Shown: positions 56,748 through 64,000 of the stretch, in pieces
Position numbering within the stretch: position 1 is the first letter of the stretch
Layout of the letters: each line of letters starts with the position of its first letter
Assembly (NCBI RefSeq): GCF_009914755.1
Contig: NC_060947.1
Source of the DNA: the human T2T-CHM13v2.0 reference genome, Homo sapiens
Direction: 5' to 3' (one strand)
DNA length: 64,000 nt
Notes under the pieces: generated by a model
Databases searched by the model: none
Told to the model about the DNA's origin: nothing
The model's input: only the letters and a program-made list of their open reading frames with translations
Position numbers and translations under genes: made by a program

Positions 56748-57243
56748 TGTGGTAAACAGAATAATGTCCCCCTCAAAAATATTCACATTATAATCACTGG
56801 AACATATCAGTATGTTATGTTATATGGAAATGGGAGGAGTAAGGCTATTAATTAGCTGACCTTGAGATAGGGTGATTATCCTATACTATCCAGGTGGGCC
56901 CAGTGTAATCAGAAAGGTCCTTATAAGAAGAAGAAGGCAGAAATGACAGAATCAGAGAGATGACAGCAGGAGAGGGAGTCAGTCCAGCTCTACTGGCTTT
57001 GAAGATGGAGCCATGGGACCATGAGCCATGGAATGTGGGTAGCTTCTAGAAGCTGGAAAAGGCAAAGGAATGGATTTTTTCCTAGAGTCTCCAGAAGGAA
57101 TGCAACCTTACTTACAATTTCATTTTTAGCTCATCAGGACTCATGCTGGAATTCTAATCTATAGAACTGTAGGAATACATTCTTGTTATTTTAAATCATT
57201 ACGTTTGTGGTAATTTGTTAAGTAGTCATAGGAAACAAATACA
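56748..57243 (+). mobile_element. MLT1D-like MaLR solo LTR
   Basis: tgtggtaaacagaataatgtcccc...tatccaggtgggcccagtgtaatc...ctagaagctggaaaaggcaa...tgtggtaatttgtta...ggaaacaaataca; about 496 bp. Confidence 0.85.
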
Positions 57244-57304
57244 CTCACTTCCACTTAACTATTATCTAATTTATTCTCTACTCAGCAGCCACAACAAACG
57301 TTAT

Positions 57305-57629
57305 AGGCCTGCATTGTCCAGTATAATAGCCATTAGCCACATGTGCTAAATGAGCACATAAAATGTGGCTGGTCTGAAATGAGATGTGCTGTATATGTAA
57401 AATACACACTGGATTTTGAAGACTTAGTATGATAAATGTAAAATAGCTCATTAATAATTTTTAATATTGACTTCATGCCAAAGTGATAATATTTGGGCTA
57501 TGTTTGGTTAAATAAAATACAATACTAAAATTTATTTTCCCTGTTTCATGTTACTTTTAAAATATTTGTCTACAGGAAAGCTTAAAGCTACTTATATGGC
57601 TTACATTGTATTTCTATTACACAGTGCTG
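57305..57629. mobile_element. MER33-like (hAT-Charlie)
   Basis: gcattgtccagtataatagccattagccacatgtg...gtaaaatacacactggattttgaagacttagt...tatttctattacacagtgctg. Confidence 0.75.
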
Positions 57630-57663
57630 ATATAGAAGGCAAATAAGACACTATCATTTTCTT

Positions 57664-57951
<288 letters not shown>

Positions 57952-59919
57952 AACACTATCATTTTCTTATTAAAGGCCTTCAATGTCTTCCCACTATACA
58001 TGCAATATTCTTCAAACTCCTTAACTTGAATTTATAAGATCTTGCATCATCTGGCTTCTGGTACCTGTTTAGCCTCATCTTTTGCCTCTTATACTCCATT
58101 CTAGTGGGCCAAGCTTGTTTCTGCACAGGGGCTTTCCATGTGAGGTTCAGTAGACCCAGGAAACTCTTCATTTCACTATTCATTTGATTGAAAAGCTCTC
58201 ATCCTTCCCTCTCAGCTCAAGTGTCACTCAGGTATACCTTCTCTGGAATCCCAATGTAGGTACATTTTGCTGCCTCATTCATAGCATGCTGTTATTTTTG
58301 TTAATGGCACTTTTCACAACATGTAATGATAAAGTTTTTGTTTATTTCTAAAATTCTCTTTGAAAATGATAAGCTCAGTGTATGCTTTATGTATTAGGCA
58401 AAGCACAGATGCTCAGTAAATATTAAATTAATGTAGAATAATCAAATAAGATAATGTTTATGTGAACACATTATAAGCTATAATTTACTGTACAGATGTA
58501 ATAATAGTAATAGTCATAGAAAGAGAAGGAGGAAGATAAGGGGGAGGAAGAAGGTAAGAAATTAAAGTCTTTGCTTTGCATCAATTTTTAATAGATTTTT
58601 TTCCAGTCTCTTATGTCTTTAAACATTTGGGAATAAGTAACACAATAAGTAGCTATATTCCATTGCTTTAAAATAAAAGATCTATTTTCAAAGACATATC
58701 CCAATTTCTTCTTAAAGGAAGTTTTCTAAATTGTTTGCTGGTGACTCGGGTTCCCTTCTCTAAGGCATAATATGTATATCCACAGTAGTGAACACAATGG
58801 GAATGGAGTGTGGTGGAGTAGGTGTTGGAGAAAGCAAAGCAAAACCAGCATTAGGATGGTTATATATAATAGGAATGGTTATCATATAATAGGAAGTCAG
58901 ACTGTGCAAATATTTGTTACTGCTATACCTACTCTCTTAAATATGGGAGTAGCATTATTTGTGTTCTAGGTGAAGCTGTCCAGAGCTATATGTCTATTTG
59001 AGATTGTTAGTTTTTGCAACAGGAACATGAAATTTGTGTCCCTAATTGTAATGCTCAACAGTCTTGCTATAAATAAGTATAATTGCACTGTACTTTCTTT
59101 ATATTTTTTTCTAATTAGAAATTTATTTTTCCCTGTCAAAGTCAGAGCTTAAGCACGGCCTTTCTTAAATGATCTTAAAGTAAATTTTCCTACTTATGTG
59201 CCTTTTCTACAATCATTTCTGACTTAAAGTTAACCTTATAATTAGCATTTTAATAGCCCAAAAGCCTTCCTTGTACTTAGTAGCACATTACGATCTGCAT
59301 TGAAATAGGAATGTTATAAAAGAACAAAATAAAAAAATTACTTATGTTAGAAAAGTTGTTTTTCTAGGTTTTGTTTTTGTGTTTTCCTTATGGCATATCC
59401 TCTCTATATATTAGACAAAGATTAAAACATCTCTTTTTGAAGTTACTGAATTTATTATTGGGGAAAGTTATCAAAACCAATCCTCTACCTTTAATAAAAA
59501 TGCCTTAATGTGATATTTTAAAAATAATACCCAGGAAATGATGCTTTCAAAATTAAGATTGATCTACTCATTTCCAATTTGGAGAACCAAAGGCAAACTA
59601 AAACCTTTTGGCTTATATTTGTTAGTTATAGATAGATATGGATATGGATGTAGGTATAGATATAGATAAAATCAGACTTGAGACAGCATTGAAAAATTGA
59701 AGTGTGCCATTATTATAAGATACCATTTAATAAGCCACAATAAAAAAAATCTTATTACGTGATTCCTGTATATGTGACACTGTTTGCCTTAGATACATCT
59801 CTATCTTTTGCTGCTATTTCCCCATCCACTCATACACACATACTTATTTTATCAATGTCTCAACACCTGAAGTACTCCCACTTCTGCCTCTGTGCCTTGT
59901 CTAATCATCGCATCTCCAA

Positions 59920-60130
59920 TCAGATTGCCTGAGTTCAAATGTTCTTTTCACGACATTATTTGCTGTGTAGCCTTGGTAAGTTACCTAACGTCTCTGTCCT
60001 TCAGTATTTGTATCTGTAAAGCAGGAAAAATGATGGTACTTCTTCATAGAATTGTTATGAAAATGAAAAGTAATGCATGTAAAGTATTTTGGCATAATCT
60101 TGGCAATAAATGTAAACTATTATTTTTACT
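59920..60130 (+). mobile_element. MIR SINE
   Basis: cagattgcctgagttcaaat...gctgtgtagccttggtaagttacctaac...tatctgtaaa. Confidence 0.65.
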
Positions 60131-60717
60131 CCTTTAAATTATACGATTAATACTACTGCTACTATTTTCTCTACTGCCAGCCCTCTATATACTCTATATT
60201 TATTAAATCAGTTCTTAAATAATCCTTCTCTCCGTAGCCTTCCTGTATTAAAGAGGAAAGATAAGAGCTCTTTTCTCACCCCACCTTTGCTTCTGTTTCG
60301 CTTGCTTCTCATTGTCTTAAGAAAGAGACTTGCGGGGTTAACAGCAGCATCTCTGGCTGATGTAATCCAAACCTCAAAAGCAACATATTAAAAATAAAGC
60401 AGAACATCAAAGCTGGTTCTTTAATAAGTCCTCTGTTTCCTTCGGGTCCCACACCTAGGCGACAGTATTTTTTCATACTTTGTTCTTGTCCCCTATTCCA
60501 TGTCTTGCAGATCTAGCTCAGTTTTGTAAATTGCAACCTTTTCTCCTTTCTTCTGTAGTTAGTTCATTTCATTTGAAATAAAGCATTTAATGATCATCTA
60601 GCCCTGTGCTAGGGAGTCAGGATATGAGGGAGAGTTCTTAAAGAAACAAAATCGTGAGATACTGCCTCTTCTTTCACCAAACAGGAAATTAGATTTGTAT
60701 AAGATTTATATGAAGTA

Positions 60718-61008
60718 GGCCGGGCGCAGTGGCTCCCGCCTGTAATCCCAGCATTTTGGGAGGCCAAGGCAGGTGGATTACCTGAAGTCAGGAGTTCAAG
60801 ACAGCCTGGCCGACATGGTGAAACCCCATCTCTACTAAAAATACAAAAATTAGCTGGGTGTGGTGGCGTGTGCCTGTAATCCCAGCTACTTGGGAGGCTG
60901 AGGCAGGAGAATCACTTCAACTAGGGAGGCAGAGGTTGCAGCGAGCCAAGATCACACTGTTGCACTTCAGCCTGGGCAACAGAACGAGCCTTCGTCTCAA
61001 AAAATAAA
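60718..61008 (+). mobile_element. AluSx-like
   Basis: Full dimer, short tail; TSD core gatttatatgaa on both sides. Confidence 0.94.
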
Positions 61009-61339
61009 TTATGTGATTTATATGAAATTATTAGAAAATCCTGAAAGAAAGAGTATTCATTTGGTCAGCATTCATCACATGTACTAAAATTATTTGTTTT
61101 TACATTTTTCTCCATTACCATAGTATGAGTTCCCTTGGGGAAAAGTCAGTGCCTCAGTAATACTGTTTATCTGCTCAAGTTCCTGTCTTGTAGGAGGCAT
61201 TGAAGATATTTTTTGAATGAGTAAATGGCAGGATGAAAAGATGAGACCTAGATCTTATCCTCAAGAAGCTTCTAGTCTGTTAGAAAGGATCACTTGTGTA
61301 CATAAGTAGTAGTAATCCTTATTCTAGCCTACATTTATA

Positions 61340-61785
61340 GACTCTTCTCTCCTCTACTTCCCAATGTACCCAGTCCATAGAGAATATGACACGTATGCTT
61401 ACACCTCTCTTTCATAATTTCTTCTGCTGAGAATACCCTTTCCTCTTTTTCCACTTATGAACTTGTATTCATTTATCAAGGTACAACTCTTAATAGTATC
61501 TTATCAGTAAAGTCTTCTCTGAGTCTTTTCCCCATGTAGAACAAATCCCTCTCTCCTCTGCCCACTTACAGCATTTTTCATATACCTCGCTTAGCTCTTA
61601 GTACATTAAATCATAATTACTTATCATTTTTTCAGCTTTAATGTGAACTCCAAAAAGAGTGAGACCTTATCTAATTGATCTTTGTAATTCTAGGGCCTAC
61701 AACCGTGTCTGGCTTATAGTTAGTGCTCAACACATAGTTGACTGAAAAAAAAAATGAATGAATGGATCAATGACTCAATGAATAA
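61340..61785 (+). mobile_element. L2 3' fragment
   Basis: Ends tctttgtaattctagggcctacaaccgtgtctggcttatagttagtgctcaacacatagttgactg...aatgaatgaatgg. Confidence 0.6.
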
Positions 61786-64000
61786 TTGTGACAAATACCC
61801 TAAAAGAAGTGGGAAAAAAACTGATATATGATTGTTATTTTGTATAGTAGGGTCCCAAGAGCCAAATTCAAATTCCCCCTTTTTGGTTAAAGCTCTCCCT
61901 GCCTCAGTCTCACTCCTTTTTTTTCAGTTCCTATACCTTCTGTCTGTTCTTGACTTTGCCATAACCGTTGCCTGTTATGACAGATTCCGTGAGCATCCAG
62001 CACAGATGTATGTATAAAAACAAGTAAGATTAACCATAGGTGAGATTTTGTCACTTGAAACATAATAATATCATGTATAACTAATTGTTGCATGTTCTAA
62101 TTAATTGCATATTTTGATTAATTCTTTGGCAGGGAATAATCCTGGACTAATTTTCACAGAATTAGAAGGCAGTAAAATATACTCACCACTGCAATTATAC
62201 TAAACATAGTTGAATGGAGAAGATTGGTTTGAATCTACACTAATCCCAAGATGTACATGGGAATTTGTTCTTTAAAAAAATACCCAGCATACTTGTCATT
62301 TATCATATTGTTATAAAACTCAAGAAGAGAAAAGACCCCAATTACTTTTGCTTTCCAGTTGTTTGGAGATCTGATAAAAGGAGGTATTTTGAAAATGGCT
62401 CAACAACAACTGACAAAAGTCCCTAATGGATCATATGCTTTGTCATCCTCAGTAGCATCACTGGTTTACTCTGCAAACATTAGCAGTTTCCTTAATCTCC
62501 ACAGTCATTGGCTTGAGAGTGAAAACACTGCATCACCTAGTTAGAACCACAAAAACTAGATTGGTTTTATATTTAAGTGCTTTGAAAATTTAGAATAACA
62601 CCTGGTAACTTATAACAATTGTCCAGGGAACATCTATAACGTGCAATTGCTCAGGGAGTGTTTCGGTAAAATTTATCCTGAAACAAGTTGGCCAGCAGCC
62701 ACATCTTGAAAACATCTATGTTATAAAGAAAAATTTCATCATACTGGTACATTTTTCCATAGAGTTTGGCATGTATTATCAATCCACTATTACTTTAGAA
62801 GTATAATCTTAATAATATTTTTTGAAACCACAAGGTTTACATTTATATTTTCCTGATTTTCTAGGAAAATTAGATGGACCTGTGATAGAAGTAGCATTCA
62901 GTATAATAAGTATATTTTACAGTCACCACATACACAGTTACTTTGAATATCTGTCTTCATTCTATATCTACCAAGGATTCCACGTCTCACTATTTCCAGA
63001 AGGCTTTTTCAAAGCACGAATTCTACTGAATTGAGAATGGGGATGTTGTTTGTTGTTTTCCAGAAATAGACTTGCATGCTACTATATTTTGAGCAAATGA
63101 TCACAAACACATCCGCATGAGAAGGCAACAGATGTAAAGAAAAAACTTCTATATTTATTACAAACCAAGGGAGCAATGCAAGTATCACAGCAAATTTGTA
63201 CCAACAATTATATATATTCTTTTGCTGACAGCTTGGTCTGCAAAGCTGCTAGAGTGCAGAATCAGCAAGTCTAACCCAGAGGCAACTCCAATCTGATGGA
63301 TAATATTTGATTCAGTAAATGAAGTCAAGTAGGAGTTTAAAAACCAGTTACATCTTCTTTCATCAGACATTGCTTCATCTTGTCAGTCTTTTTTTGTAGA
63401 CTGTAAATTGAATAATACAAAATGTTATCTGCAAAAAATTTTTCAGCTTGTTATAAAGTGAGACCATTTGTGAAAGGATGAAATAGTTACAAATGCGTAT
63501 TTGTTACTGATAAATGATGGCATGTATGATCCAGTGTTTTGAACTTTCCTCCACATTAAAAAAAAATGTTGGAGATAAGAAAACTAACCCAGGTTTTTTT
63601 TTTTCTTCTGAGTACAACAGATAAAAGGAAAAGTTAGCCTGGGAGGGATTTTTGAAGTTCTTTGGTTCACTGATTTTCTAACCTGCTTTCACATTATAAA
63701 GCACCTAAAGTACTTTTTGAAAATATAGTGTTAGGCTCCACTCTGAAATTTTGATTCAGGAAATCTGAAACTACCTACTAAGTACTGTCACCACAACAAG
63801 TCTATGCACTTATTCAGAACTACTGATCTAATTCAACTCCTTACTCAATGCGGAATCCTCTTTACAAAAACCTTAAAATGTGGCTGTTCACTGACTCAAG
63901 GCAGCATAGTCCATTGTTGGACAATTCTAGTTCAGAGAAAGTTTTTATGTATTAACCCCAAATCCTAGAAACTTCTCCCCAATATTGTGTGTCCAGCAAC

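Overview
This is AT-rich primate (human-like) genomic DNA, intronic or intergenic, dominated by interspersed repeats: L1 of several ages, about 12 Alus, L2/MIR, solo LTRs and hAT DNA transposons. I see no intact host protein-coding exon, RNA gene or prokaryote-type system, and nearly all ORFs in the track are repeat-derived or chance. The one gene-derived feature is an apparently full-length processed pseudogene of KCTD9 (49045-52418, +) with 5'UTR, disabled CDS, 1.8 kb 3'UTR, AATAAA, poly(A) and a 22-bp target-site duplication (TSD). Four observations stand out. (1) The retrocopy carries two extra stop-containing blocks (103 nt and 128 nt) inserted cleanly into the KCTD9 coding sequence, so it appears to preserve an unproductive, NMD-type splice isoform; the first block looks L2-derived. 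(2) A young, near-perfect 101-bp inverted duplication lies inside an ancient L2 (39936-40151), and its tip is templated from a site about 350 bp upstream. (3) An L1PA insertion carries a short 3' transduction tag. (4) There are several small retrotransposition and template-switch scars. Repeat subfamily names and KCTD9 comparisons come from recalled consensus sequences, not from a search.
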